A stretch of 64,000 nt of DNA, from positions 248,001 to 312,000 of the forward strand of contig NIVC01001310.1 in NCBI GenBank assembly GCA_002269645.1. The letters are read 5' to 3'. The notes under the pieces were generated by a model. That model was not told the origin of the DNA, did no database searches, and saw only the letters and a program-made list of their open reading frames with translations. A program made the position numbers and the translations under genes. Source of the DNA: Macrostomum lignano (lineage: Eukaryota). Shown here piece after piece: positions 30,712 through 46,660 of the stretch; position 1 is the stretch's first letter; each line of letters opens with the position of its first letter.

Positions 30712-33700
30712 TCAACGCAGGTCCAATTCAACGCAGCCGTTGCTTAAAAATCCGCGCCGAAGAAGCTGCTGCTTCAAGGCTTCAGCCGCCTTCATCGCCC
30801 CGACGCCGGTCACTCGGCCGCCAATGCAAAGTCGCTTTCTTGAACATGGGATTCCTCGACGCCGATCACTGCTACTAAAAATAGCCGGCGTTATTGTCGC
30901 GGTGGACAACCAGCGAGCCAGCCAGCGTATCCGACCTTCGGGCACGTCGCCAAGCTGCAGATGCACTTGCTGCAGACAGTCAGGAGCGCAGAGGGCCGCC
31001 TGGATTAGCAACGCGACGTGTGACGCATCATCGGCCACCGCATCCGCATCGCGGCTGCCCCGAGAGTTCCGCAGGCGAAACCGAAGCTAGTTAGGCGTTC
31101 GCAGATGAGCAGCAGCAGGCAAGCCTGCATAGTTGAGGCGGTGGGGACAGATTTAGCTCAGCGGTTGACTCGTTCGACTCTGCACCAAATAATAATGATG
31201 ATAATAATTGCTTACACCTGCCCCAATTGGGCCAGATATGCAACCGACAGCTCAGCTGCAGCTATTGCGCGGCGCATCTGAAGGCTGCGTACGGCTGTTC
31301 AGTCCAAGGACTGGGGGGTCGCCACGCACACCCTCAATTACCCCAGCTAATGCTGGCACCCATTTTACAGCTGGGTGAACTGAAGCAATGCAGAGTTAAG
31401 TGTCTTTCTCAAGGACACAAAATTGTTTCGAGTGGAAAAAGAATCGAACCCCCGACCTTCAAGTAATGAGTCCGACGCTCTAACCACCAAGGCTACAATC
31501 CCACTCTAACCACTAGGCTGCGTCAAAGCATCCGGGTTCTTTTCCGTAAGCAACCAGACATTAGTTTGGGTTTCATGAAAGAAAATGGCATGCGATTAGC
31601 ATCCATCAGAGCCAACTAAATTAATAGATTTAGTTAAAAACACAGAAAATGTCTAAGGATATACATGTCGGTATGAATTTAATAAAGGAAGTGTTTTCGA
31701 CTGGTTTTACTGCTTTTTGATGCAGTGACTTCTTTAAGAGATTTCTCAAATCTGTTTGATGTTGAAAAAACAAAGAACCACCAAGATCTGTTAATGAGTT
31801 CAAGTCGTGTACGAAGGTACAAGGTGAGAAAAGATCAGGTTTTTCGATTTTTTTAGCCGCCTTTCTTTCATGCTTTTCCAGTTCTTAAAAGTGGAGGTCC
31901 TGTGTTTCTAATTACATTTAGCAACGAACTATTAAAGTTGGTTAATACAGGAATTGCTTATTAATAACATATACTGATTTCACTTTACCTGTTGAAGACA
32001 GTCACCCTGACGCGACTCGCCGGTCACAATAATGCCAAAGCTGGTCAACCTCTCAAGGCAGCCGGAGTCCAGGAGGTCGGCAATGCAAATGACGCCTGCA
32101 GACAATTCGGCGTCAACCGCTTCAGTGGTCAGGCTGCAGCAACGAAAGCGCAATCGACACAGCGCCGGCAACGTTGGAGTCAGGGCGGTCAAAAGTCGTG
32201 CAGCCACGGACGATGTCGGCTCATGGATTGACCGGTGCTGACGGTATTGAACGAACGTGCTTCGCTATAAATCAGTTTGGTTTTCATACTCGTATGAACA
32301 GCCATGTTACGCTTATTAATACTCGTAGTTGCATGTTTGAATCTTTGTCACATTAGTCAAATTTAGCAAACAGTTCACTCAAACCAAGTACGAGCTAGCT
32401 CGTATTCACTTAAACTAGTCGACCTATTTGACTAGTTGGAGATTGATAAGCTTTTGATTTGAGGTTTTCATGTCTAGCTTTTGTTTCAATCTTGATCCAT
32501 GATTCCTGTGACATCTGCGGCACCAGATATCGGACTGTACTTTCCTGCCCTTTTTCTTTCTCATTCGTGTATGACCCAAAACCAAGAGGCGAAACCATCG
32601 ATCGACACTACTCTTGACAGCAGCCCACAAGGTTGCTGAGTGTTTGAGTTTTGTCTGAGATATGCACTCAAAAGTTTATCAGGCCACATTTTTATTAAAT
32701 ACTACAGAATACATCCAAATCAATCAAAGTTCTATTCTCGATTGACAGATTTTATCGATTTTGCGCTATGCAAAAGCAAATCTTAATGCTGATATAAGTT
32801 GGCATTGGGTGGTACAGCATAAGAAGACAGGTAAGTCACCCAAACTTACCACTCGCCCATCGTAATCACAATAATTCTCGTCAGCTTGGTAAGAAAAGCC
32901 ATCTAAGTGAATGTCCAGCTGAAGAAGTCGCTGATGCCACGCAGTGCTAGAGATAAATTTGATCAAGCTGGCCAAGTTGTCCGACGTTAGCATCAACGGC
33001 TGCTTAGAGTCTCCGTCCAAGCAGAAGCAGCAGACATTGGGCAGGCGAGCTAGCGCGCGGGCCAGGCCGTTGGCTGAGCAGTCCGAGCCGAGCAACAGCA
33101 GCCACCGACCCGAGAGGCAAAGTCGACGAAGCTGATTGGCGTTGCGCTCGGCCGCTCGCACTACTGCCGCTGCTACCGCCGACTTTGACGCCAGCTTAGT
33201 CGAACAGTGAACTCGCAACTCGCTTAATCTATCGATCTTATTCAGAACCTCTAGACCGCTGGTAGCGGTCGCGTTAATTGAAATCTCGCCAGAGCCCAGT
33301 CGAACCGCTAAACAGTCTAGTGGTGCTAGGTTGCCATGCCGTTTCCAAGGCTCCAAAGCGGCTGCCAGATTGTCAAACGAGCTGACTGTGGTATTCCTAC
33401 AGGCTTCCCTAGCGTAGTCTTCGTCGGAACTTCTTTCATTATCGATACTCAATCGACCGTTTTCTGTCGAAGGAAGTTCTTCAACCCCGATGTGGCACTG
33501 CAGGGTTTCAAAGTCCAGACAGATGCTGCTCAGTCGATGACTTTTTGGAGTGACATCCATAGATTGCTCGGTAAGTGACTTTGATGAATGCTCTACTGAT
33601 GACGTCAGTTCAACATTAGTAATCTCAGTCCAGCCAGCGAGCCAGTGAGTCCTGCTCTGCTTCTGCAGTCTACAATGTCGCTGACCACTCAAAATGTGCC

Positions 33701-35204
33701 ACAAACTCTGACATCGTTCGCGTTCCGTTTTACTGACGATCTCACTAAGTCGACTTGCCGACTCAAGCAGCCAGTCATCTGCCATGGAGCCCAACAGCTC
33801 GGCAATGTCTATTAGGACAGTGCGCGCAGTTCCTGTGGGTCCAACCGCGTCAGTTGCCGCAACATCGCTCTCGGAATCGTCACCGATCGCGCGACGCCAC
33901 ACATCGGCCAGGCTGTCCATGACGGCGACGCTCGCCGCATCGTTGCCAAGCTGAGCCTCTGAGGCGGCCTTTAGGCAGCGGAGGCAGAGCCGCTTGGCGG
34001 TCAGAAAGGCAGCTAGACGAGCGCCGCTGACTACGAGATTCAAGTCGGCAAAGTCTGCGGCAGCTTCCGCGGCTCCGACTACAACGTCGTCCCCGTCGTC
34101 GCAATTGACTGCCTCGGCTGCAGCCGCCGCAGCAGATGGCGCCTCAGCGAATAGGCAGTGGAACAGGCGGTCGTAAAGGTAAGTCGTCGACCGCGGAGCC
34201 GGCCCAGAGACGAATCGCGCCGGATCGAGATGGTACAGCGTCACGAGAAGTGCTAGATTGCCCGGCCGGTTGAGAAATCCGTTAGCACCGTTGCAGTTTT
34301 TCACAACCTCGTCAACAGCAGAGAGGAAGTGACCTTGAAGCTCGGCTTCGCTGTCGGGCAGGGCGGACTTTGCTGCGATGCTGATGTAGCGACTCATCTG
34401 AGCGTCATTCCACAGCAGCAGGTGATACAAGACGGGATTCGAAACACACGACGGCAACTGACTATTGCGTCTAGCGAAGGCTAAAACAGCGGGTCGCCAG
34501 GTGGCACTGAAGCAGGACTTCACCCAGGCTGCAGGGAGCTGGACAGCGTCAGCGCAATCCACGATTGCCAGCACTCGGTCAGGATTGTTGCGAGCCCAGC
34601 TGACGGCGGCAGCAATGTCGAGTGCTTCGGGATCGTCTTCCTCGCCATAGCCGGTTGACAGGCCCCTCAAAGATAGTCGTAGAAGCTGCTCAACTTCGCA
34701 GCAGTTGTCGTTGCCATTAAACAAATGGCTACTAACTCTGACGGCGGAGGCGCAGTCAAAGTGTAGCACAAGATTGAAACCCTCAATCAGCTTGCCGAGC
34801 GTTTGCAAATCCCGATGTCCATTATCAGGTCCGGACTGTGAGTGCCAGTAGAGCAGTCGGGCAGCCAGGTGCGACTTGCCACTGCCGGCCGGACCAAGAA
34901 TGACGCAAGGCCTGCTAGGCGTCAGCCTGGCCGGGGGCGATGGCTGTAGCATCGGCGGAATGAAGGCATCGGTGAGACACGGTTTGCCACCGAAAGCGAC
35001 GCCGGGCGACGCTTCTAAACGATCGACGGCCACATTTGATAGGCGGCGTCGGTAGTTGCCTAGAAAACGCTGTACTGCAGGTGGTAGCATAGAAGAATCA
35101 TCAACGGCCATATCAGCATGCGATGATAGGCTACCATTTCTACTGCGGTCAGTAGTAGTTGCAGTGTGCGAATCTCTTCTAGGAATTGACGGTTTCGAAC
35201 TCAT
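30712..35204 (-). CDS. NACHT-LRR (NLR-like) protein, ~1000 aa, 3 exons
   Basis: Exon 1 35204-32851: Walker A ILGPAGSGKS, Walker B VLAIVDCAD, RPGNLALLV and TTYLYD (NACHT helical/winged-helix motifs), then degenerate LRRs. Exon 2 32237-~31989 and exon 3 31086-30712 with LxxLxFxL repeats; phase-0 junctions are compatible. Confidence 0.8.
31205..31502 (-). mobile_element. tRNA-derived SINE (in NLR intron 2)
   Basis: Reverse complement reads gggattgtagccttggtggttagagcg...ggttcgattc...gtgtccttgagaaagacactt...cacccagctgtaaaatgggtgcc. Confidence 0.88.
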
Positions 35205-35554
35205 CTCAAGCAACAGTCGCGCTGTTTAGAATCTCATACTTATAGTCAAGCCGAAATTTATAATCGTTTATATTTCTGGCTAGAATGGTTTTTATAGCCA
35301 AGCGGGGGTTGGGCACAACAATTAATAAGCCTGCATGCTTATTTTATTGCCATTGGCTTCTAAAAGAGGGGGCTTCATTTCCACTGGTCTCAAATAGATT
35401 CGTACCTAATGGCCCACTCTATACAATGTATAGTATACATTGTATGCCTACACACGCATGCCTACGCAAGATTCATTAAACAACACTGGGCAAGGTTCGC
35501 CTAACCCAATGATTACGTGGCTTGGCCAAATTTACAAGTACATGCATGTAACTC

Positions 35555-35890
35555 AGGTCGGTTCATCCTGCGAATCTGGGAAGGCGGCAGCCTCAGTGTG
35601 AGGATCTGCCTCAGAAACTGAGGATCTAGGAGGCTGTATGGAACAGCAACTGAGGATCTGAGAGGCTGGCCCAGAAACTGAGTATCTGGGAGGCTGGCCG
35701 AGCAACTGACACTCTGGGAGGATGGCCCAGCAACTGGGGATCTGGGAGATCGTGGCCCAGAATCGTGGCCCAGAGGCTGGCCCCCAAACTGAGGATCTGG
35801 GAGGTTGGCACAAAAACTGAGGATCAATAAGGCTGGCCCAGCAACTGGGGATCATCATTGAGATGTTGGCCCAACAACTGCGGATCTAAG
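35555..35890. repeat. ~28-bp unit minisatellite block, copy 1
   Basis: aactgaggatctgggaggctggcccagc-type units; same internal variant order as the block at 39775-40090. Confidence 0.9.
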
Positions 35891-36812
35891 AAGATAGGAG
35901 CTCAGTCTCATGATTTGTTAGGCTAATGGGCTTAATTTAACACTCTGAATAACAGTGCATTCCAAGAATCTGAAAAGGTATAGCAGATCATAAAATGATG
36001 GAAGGCCAAGCGACACTTCAAGGGAGAGCTCAAGTAAGAAAGCGCAAAGTGTATAAAATTCGCTCCCCTCGAAAATTCCGGCAGAAAAGTGCGAGAAGCA
36101 TCTAAAAGTATCTGATAGCATTAATTCGCCACACAAAGCGCCCTCCTCCAACCAGCAGCCAAACTCTTCTATATAATTCTACCCAAAGTACTTATCCACT
36201 TTGGCACGCAAGAAATAAACTGAACAGCCTGGCCCAATAGAAGACTAATGGCAGTCCTAGAGCGGCAAAGTTCTGCAATATAAACATGCAAATGGCTACT
36301 TGCTTAATTGGTTCAAGCCCGTATAGTTATTTAAATAGTATGCAACGAATTGCCAAAACGTGCTCAATTCTCGTAACAGAATTTGTTGCCAATGAAGAAG
36401 CAAACCTTTCTATAACAAACAGTGAATAAAGTTAATGAAAAAATTGAGGGCAATATCAAAAAAGCTGAAATTGGCAGAAAGGAAGAAATGACCAAGTAAG
36501 GTAATGATGGAATTATATAAAAGAAGTCTATAATAAAGTTCTGCTCCGCCCAATAAAAAAAGAAAACAAAATTAAGTTGTAAAGCTTTGGTTTTATTGTC
36601 CAAAACTGAGCACGTAAAGAAATTGTATGAAGTATAGAGTAGCAAATATACCCCGTGCGCCACAAGTGGACGCGAAGTTCGAACGATGTTATGAAGCTAC
36701 TAAGCATACACTCGTACGTAAAGGTACTTGTAGATTGCAGGTAGTAATTTCCATGTATTAATTTGATTAAAAATTCATTTTACGATCTGTCGTATCACAC
36801 GCAATACTTAGC

Positions 36813-37600
36813 TGTTTAAAGTTCCAGCTCCTGTCTAGAGAGTAATGTTTAATTATCGGGTGTTTAAAGTTCCAGCTCCTGTCTAGAGAGTAATGTGTAA
36901 TTATCGGGTGTTTAAAGTTCCAGCTCCTGTCTAGAGAGTAATGTGTAATTATCGGGTGTTTAAAGTTCCAGCTCCTGTCTAGAGAGTAATGTTTAATTAT
37001 CGGGTGTTTAAAGTTCCAGCTCCTGTCTAGAGAGTAATGTTTAATTATCGGGTGTTTAAAGTTCCAGCTCCTGTCTAGAGAGTAATGTTTAATTATCGGG
37101 TGTTTAAAGTTCCAGCTCCTGTCTAGAGAGTAATGTTAATTATCGGGTGTTTAAAGTTCCAGCTCCTGTCTAGAGAGTAATGTTTAATTATCGGGTGTTT
37201 AAAGTTCCAGCTCCTGTCTAGAGAGTAATGTTTAATTATCGGGTGTTTAAAGTTCCAGCTCCTGTCTAGAGAGTAATGTTTAATTATCGGGTGTTTAAAG
37301 TTCCAGCTCCTGTCTAGAGAGTAATGTTTAATTATCGGGTGTTTAAAGTTCCAGCTCCTGTCTAGAGAGTAATGTGTAATTATCGGGTGTTTAAAGTTCC
37401 AGCTCCTGTCTAGAGAGTAATGTTTAATTATCGGGTGTTTAAAGTTCCAGCTCCTGTCTAGAGAGTAATGTGTAATTATCGGGAGTTTAAAGTTCCAGCT
37501 CCTGTCTAGAGAGTAATGTTTAATTATCGTCTGTTTAAAATTCCAGCTCGGGAGTGTCTGTAAAATTCCAGCTCCTGTCTAGAGAGTGATGTGTAATTAT
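36813..37600. repeat. 48-bp minisatellite, ~16 copies
   Basis: gtttaaagttccagctcctgtctagagagtaatgtttaattatcgggt units. Confidence 0.97.
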
Positions 37601-39774
37601 CGGTTGCTGTTTCCCGCCTATAGTCTCGCTTAGTGTCTCCTTCATTTAGACGAGTGAGCATGTGTTTTGAATTATGGATCTTTTAAAGTTTTCTCACTGC
37701 GACGAGGACGGATCGTTTTATTTTGATGAAGAGTGAGGATGGTGACGTTGAAAGCGCCAGCAGCTTGAGGACGTCGAAATGGAGGAAGAACACGAGTGGC
37801 AAAGCTATCCGGACCAGGCCTCTTGTCGTCGGGAACGGCTGTGGTAAAAATTCCAACAAATTTGGCCCATAGAGATTGATTTTATGCCGTCTAGCTTGGA
37901 GGTAGACAGAATGGACGAAAACGGCCATCCGTCTGCCTATGGTTAAAATACGTCTAGGTATCTAAATGTCTAGGTGTTAAAATACCAGCTTGATCAGGGC
38001 TGAGGGCAGCTTGAACATGTACAACTTGATAGTATAATGTAGATCAAACTAACACAAAAGTCTGCTGCTGCAAAGTTCATTTTTAAGTTAAACCAATCGA
38101 TTAAACAGTACAATAAAGTTTGAGATGTTTATTACACTCGCTTTAGTATAAGTATGACAAAAAAGCGAGTTGTGACAAAAATGATAATAATATGTGTATT
38201 TTTTCGAAAAACAGCAACGAGCAGTGCGAGTGGAACTACCAATATAAAGAAAAATTAAAAACACGCGGAACAAAGATTAACGAAAGTGATATTTTTTATA
38301 TATATAACACTAAAGCACTAAGCACTGCGGGGTTAAAAGTGTAGCAAAGCGAAAACACTGAGACGCGCAAAGTAATAATAATACGAATTGGAAATTATCG
38401 ATGCTTTTTAAGAAGCTTCCCTACATGATTTGATCCTCCCAACTTCCAGTACAAGCCTTTATTTAACCAGCTAGAGAGGAGGGGAGAGGAGAGCTAAGAA
38501 GAGACAAACACTCAGCGGGTGAAAACGGTTACCCAGGCCAAGAAGCATCCCAGAGTCGTGATTAGAAACGCAGGTAGAATAGGAAAGAAATTGACTGTAG
38601 ACCACTCTTTAAGACGAGGTGTCACGGTGTACAAGTCGTCAAAAGTCGCTTAAAAGTCGCTTAAAAGCGTTTTATTGTCTGCGACTCTGGGGCCGTAGAG
38701 ACGTACTTAAGGCCTGCTAGAGTGCATATGACGAATCAGAGTCGCGCTTGACGAATCTGTTGCGCTTGTGACGCAACAGTCGCCTGTTCGTGGCATTAGA
38801 CACGTTTGAGTCGTTAAAAAAGTTTACAAGAGTCGCCCTAGAATCGCCAGAGAGTTGTTTGAAAACGAATTTTTCAGCGATTCTTGTCACGGTAAGGTTT
38901 GAAACGGGAGAAGAGGCTTTGCGAGTTGGAGTCTGCCAGAACCCTGATCTAGATGACCAATGCATTCACAACATAAACACTAATATAACAGGCTAAATTC
39001 AGCTTTCACCAACCGTGTACTTTTGCAAGCTTACTTACAAAGTCTGTTACTCGTATTTTGTTACTTTCTTAAACTATACTGTATTTAAAGCCTATCCCCA
39101 AGCGACTTAGATATTACACAAAATACAAATAGAACAATAAAAAGACAGTTAAATAGAACAGCTATGGACATAAATAAAGACGGAGAATTTGAAAGCGCTG
39201 AACTTTGCCAAACAATTTTAACACGATTCGACGTTGCCTTGGTTACTCGAGTTAAAAAAGTGTTTACACACTTTTATACACGATGTTTTCAGACAATCAA
39301 GTAAATAAGAAAAGTAAAAATATAAGCACACTTACTTACTGTGCCACTGTTAGATCAGCCAGTAGTGCAGACAGCACTTTTCTTGCTCGATTTTTTACAC
39401 AATTTCGTTCTTTTACATATTCTCAAAAGGCATCATACGTTATCGAAAGCGAGAAATGCTATTCCAGGGTTAATATTGTCCGCAACAACGGTCGCCAACC
39501 TTGCACTTTGTTAATTAATTACAAAAATTCAACTGCCAGTTGCTAGGAGTACATATAACACACAGACACTGACATTAGTTATTTTATCCAAGCTATAGAT
39601 TAAGTGAAGAGAAAAACCTGCTTTAAATTAGAGTTAAAATTTACTACTTTAGCATAGAGACACGAAGCTTAACTTGGCATTTAAACTGATGCAGCCGTTT
39701 GGACAGCCAAAATGTTCGATGTGGGGAACAAATCTGTGTGTAAATAGTTAACTAAATACAAGAGAGTAGCGGTG

Positions 39775-40090
39775 GCCCAGTAAAAGAGGATCTGGGAGGC
39801 TGGCCCAGCAACTGAGGATCTGGGAGGCTGGCCCAGCAACTGAGGATCTGGGAGGCTGGCCCAGCAACTGAGGATCTGGGAGGCTGGCTCAGCAACTGGG
39901 GATCTGGGAGATCGTGGCCCAGAATCTGAGAATCTAAGAGGCTGGCCCCCAAACTGAGGATCTGAGAGGTTGGCACAAAAACTGAGGATCAATAAGGCTG
40001 GCCCAGCAACTGGGGATCTGGGAGGCTGGCCCAGCAACTGGGGATCTGGGAGGCTGGCACAACAACTGGGGATCTGGGAGGCGGTGGCCC
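39775..40090. repeat. ~28-bp unit minisatellite block, copy 2
   Basis: Near-identical core to 35555-35890, including gagatcgtggcccagaatc and ggttggcacaaaaactgaggatcaataagg. Confidence 0.9.
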
Positions 40091-40259
40091 ATCTTAAAGA
40101 TTCAAAGGTTATATAATAAACTAAGGATTGAGTTTTTCCCTGAATGGCACCAGCACGCAGTAGTGCAAAACAAAACTGCAATCCAGCTTTTAAACAGCCA
40201 AGTAAACATCACTTGCAGAATGCACAGTTCAGCTCTCGGAGCGTGACCAATGCCATCAA

Positions 40260-43385
<3,126 letters not shown>

Positions 43386-43778
43386 TATTTTTGATTAATT
43401 AATAGATTTCACAAGACTTCTTTTGAATTAAAAACTCTAAAATTTTAGTACAGAATTTTAAATATTATAAAGGCCATCTATTAGTACTAAGAAAATTGTA
43501 ATAGGTAGTTTAGACTTAATGATCTTATGATATGAATTTCATCATGTATATCTTATGAGTCACCAAAGGCACCAAAAGTCTATAGGCACCAAAGTCTTTA
43601 AGATAGTATGGGCATTTACAAAGGCCCTATATTCTGCATATTTTATCAATGATCTATAAATTGACAATGGCTATGTCATATAAAGGATTTTATATACTTG
43701 TAGTAATAGAGTATAACTTTAAAAGTTAGTATATATTATTAAATTTCTTAAAAGACATCATTATTTCTTACAATAGTA

Positions 43779-44563
43779 GGCTCATTCCATATAAGATAGA
43801 CATATTTGGAAAATAAAAAAAAGTCAATATTTTTGCTTGCCATTGCCTTATAGGCCTATTTTTTTACCAAAAGTTTTTTATGTGCAATATATACAATCTA
43901 AGAATAAAGGAATGGTAAAATGTTGGATTAGTATGTTATCAATTGGCAAAAAGTCATTTTTGTAAACTTTTGGACATTTTTTGAAGCAAAATACATTATT
44001 AAGATTTTGTATCTTTTAAAAACAGATAGAAAGCTTTTGAAGGTTGAAACAAACTATAGATAAAAGTATAGTACTTGCATCATCAGATAAAAGCATTGGT
44101 GACCAAATAATCTATTATATTTTTAATGTATTAGTACCACAAAGTTACTAAATTGACAGAAAAAATATATTAGGACCATGATGTTACGACCATAAGGCTG
44201 CCTTTTCTTTTGTATCTTTGTCGCATTTTGAGTTTATATATTCTAATAAAAGAGTATGATTTCTAAATATGTTCTTAGTCAAATTTTAAAAATGTATTGC
44301 AAAATATCAAAAATGAAAAATGTTATAAGACTTTTACCTTTTGGTTTCTATATGTCAAAAATCCTGTCGTTACAACCATAAGTGTCATTTAAGGTTTAAT
44401 AGCATCTATACTAATGATGATTTCTATATGAAACTCTATAAATATATTCTAGACAAAATAATCTTTCATTTAAAATATTGGTTTAGTATATTCTATTATT
44501 AGATTTCATTTTATAAGTAAAAATAGCCTGTCATGTTACGACTGTGCTTATATGGAATGAGCT
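43779..44563. mobile_element. Old MITE with 17-bp TIRs
   Basis: ggctcattccatataag (~43780) vs cttatatggaatgagc (~44547). Confidence 0.6.
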
Positions 44564-44954
44564 AGTAAGCACTTTTATCAAGGAGCAGAATAGGTCAGTA
44601 ATAACACATTTGATTTATATGGCGAACCCTATTGGAGTGATTTTAAAATAAGTTGTGGATCCTTGTGCTAAGCATATAAATTTGCAGGTTTTTGGAAATA
44701 AACAGGTATTAAGGCCAACCTCCAAGTTTCAAAGTGTACATGCTTAATGATTGGGAAGTCAAGACTAGGCCTGCCCTTGCCCACAGCATTAGTAATAGCA
44801 CTTCCTACACTAGTGGTAGGCAGTATATCTTAGTACAGATGAGGTGGCTTGCTAGCTAGAGTCACCAAAAGTACAAGTCACTTAGATGGACTAGGCTAGC
44901 AGTCATACATGTGCAACAACTGGTTGAGCCAGCTGGCTAATGAGGGGCCTGGCC

Positions 44955-46660
44955 AAAGTAAGTTGCAAAAATGCCAACCCAAAAAATAGACATTTACTAA
45001 TTAGCTGGCAAGGCATTTAGTCTTAATAATATAGTCATAATTATTCTTGCCATTTACCTAAAACTATGTTAATGTTTGCTTTGGTTTCCTTCATAGATAA
45101 ATTAAATATTTGGTCAAAAAGTGGTGGCAGTGCAGCAAGTCTGATTAGGGGGAGTGGCAGCTAGGTAATTATCTCTTCCTAGCAAATTTTTAGAATTAGA
45201 GCAGTGCAGTATGCAAAAAGTTCAAAATAGTGCATATAATGAGCATACACTAAAAATTATGGTGGGGCACCTTATGGAGATATGGAAGGGTCATCACCCC
45301 CCTAAGGGGATAGAGGATGGTCATTTTGGGGCAGCAGCCCCCTCTGCCCCCTGCCTATAGTGCTATTGAAAAAATAAGTTATAAAGCCAGTCAATAGTAG
45401 GATCATGTATGTGTGCACTAGAAGTTACCCAAAAATATGCAAATATTTTATTTTTTAATAATTTTTAATTAATGTGCTGGGTATACTAGTGATGGATTGA
45501 AATTCAATTTCAATTTCGATATTCTGAATTTTGAAACTTATTTTGCATTGAAATAATTTTAATTTTGAATTTCAACACCATTCATAAAAAATCATTTTGA
45601 ATTTTGGTTATATTTTAACAATTTAGACATTGATGATCATGCTACACAAGTAAGAAAATCTATAGGAAGTGAAAGGAAGCGCGGTTCAAAGACTCAGTGG
45701 GGAGGTGAGAATTGCCTTTTCTACAAGAAAAGATTGTGCGGGGCACACACCGTTCCAGGCCTTGTGCTGCACCCACCTCAACCTCTACAAGCCCACTGGC
45801 TAAACTCATCAGCGTGAATTTTAATTGGCTAAAGACTTAAAGCCTTAATGAAATGGATATAGGCTACTTATATCTAGATCTTCAGCTTAAACAGTGGTAA
45901 AGTATAATAACTTCTACTATATTTCTATATACGAGTGTATAATACATAATACACCAGCATTTTCTATTTTGTATTTTTAAAGTAAGTTAAATCTTAAGTA
46001 TTCTGGTTTAAACATATCAAAGATATTTTTTTATAAAACATGTAAGCTCATACAGGCAGAGGCAAGGTGTTAACCTTTTTGCATGATTAGCAAAAAAGTA
46101 AAAATTTGTTAAGCTCAAAAAATTCAATTTTGATTTCAATTTCAAATTTGAGTTGAAAAATAATTTCAATCCATCGCTAGGGTATACCAGGCAAAAAATG
46201 CATTAGTGCACTAGGTGTGCCAGTGGTAAGTCTGCAATCTCTTAGTCCTTAGCTTATTCTAGCTTTAACACTAACATTTATATAAATTAAAAAAGTGCAA
46301 ACATTTTTTTGATAAAACTATTATTCTTTATATATGTACAATATATTTGCAAAAGAATTGTTAAATTATATAGGCCTACTTACAACCTAATGCTATATAA
46401 AAAAATTTTTTAACTTCTTTTAAATACTAAAATTTAAATAAGGCCTAACTTAAATGTGATTTATTGTGCTTATATATGTGCATACCCCCTGATTTATACT
46501 GGCCATGCAACTTATCTATAAAAGAAACCAAGGCAAAATTAACACAATTTTAGGTAAATGGCAAGAGTAACTATGACTGTCTTATCAAGGCTGAATACCT
46601 TTCATCATCTAATTAGTACTACTTTATATTCTTTTAAGTGGGCATTTTTGCAACTTACCC
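44955..46660. mobile_element. Decayed PIF/Harbinger-like MITE with ~155-bp TIRs, containing nested elements
   Basis: Arms 44955-45110 (gtaagttgcaaaaatgcc...catttacctaaaa...atagataaatt) and 46505-46660 align by eye, mostly with transitions. The right end reads GGGGTAAGTTGC on the minus strand. Confidence 0.7.
45487..46179. mobile_element. hAT-type MITE (693 bp) with perfect 8-bp TSD
   Basis: TIRs tagtgatggattgaaatt / aatttcaatccatcgcta. TSD gggtatac at 45479-45486 and 46180-46187. Confidence 0.88.

Noticed and set aside
31095-31125. Alternative NLR exon 3 acceptor giving ACLLLLICERLTSFG
   Set aside because: That frame stops after ~40 codons; the acceptor at 31087 keeps the LRR-like frame open to 30712.
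36364-36663. Hydrophobic ORF resembling a membrane protein segment
   Set aside because: Short, AT-rich, stop just upstream, no motif or splice support; hydrophobicity is explained by T-rich composition.
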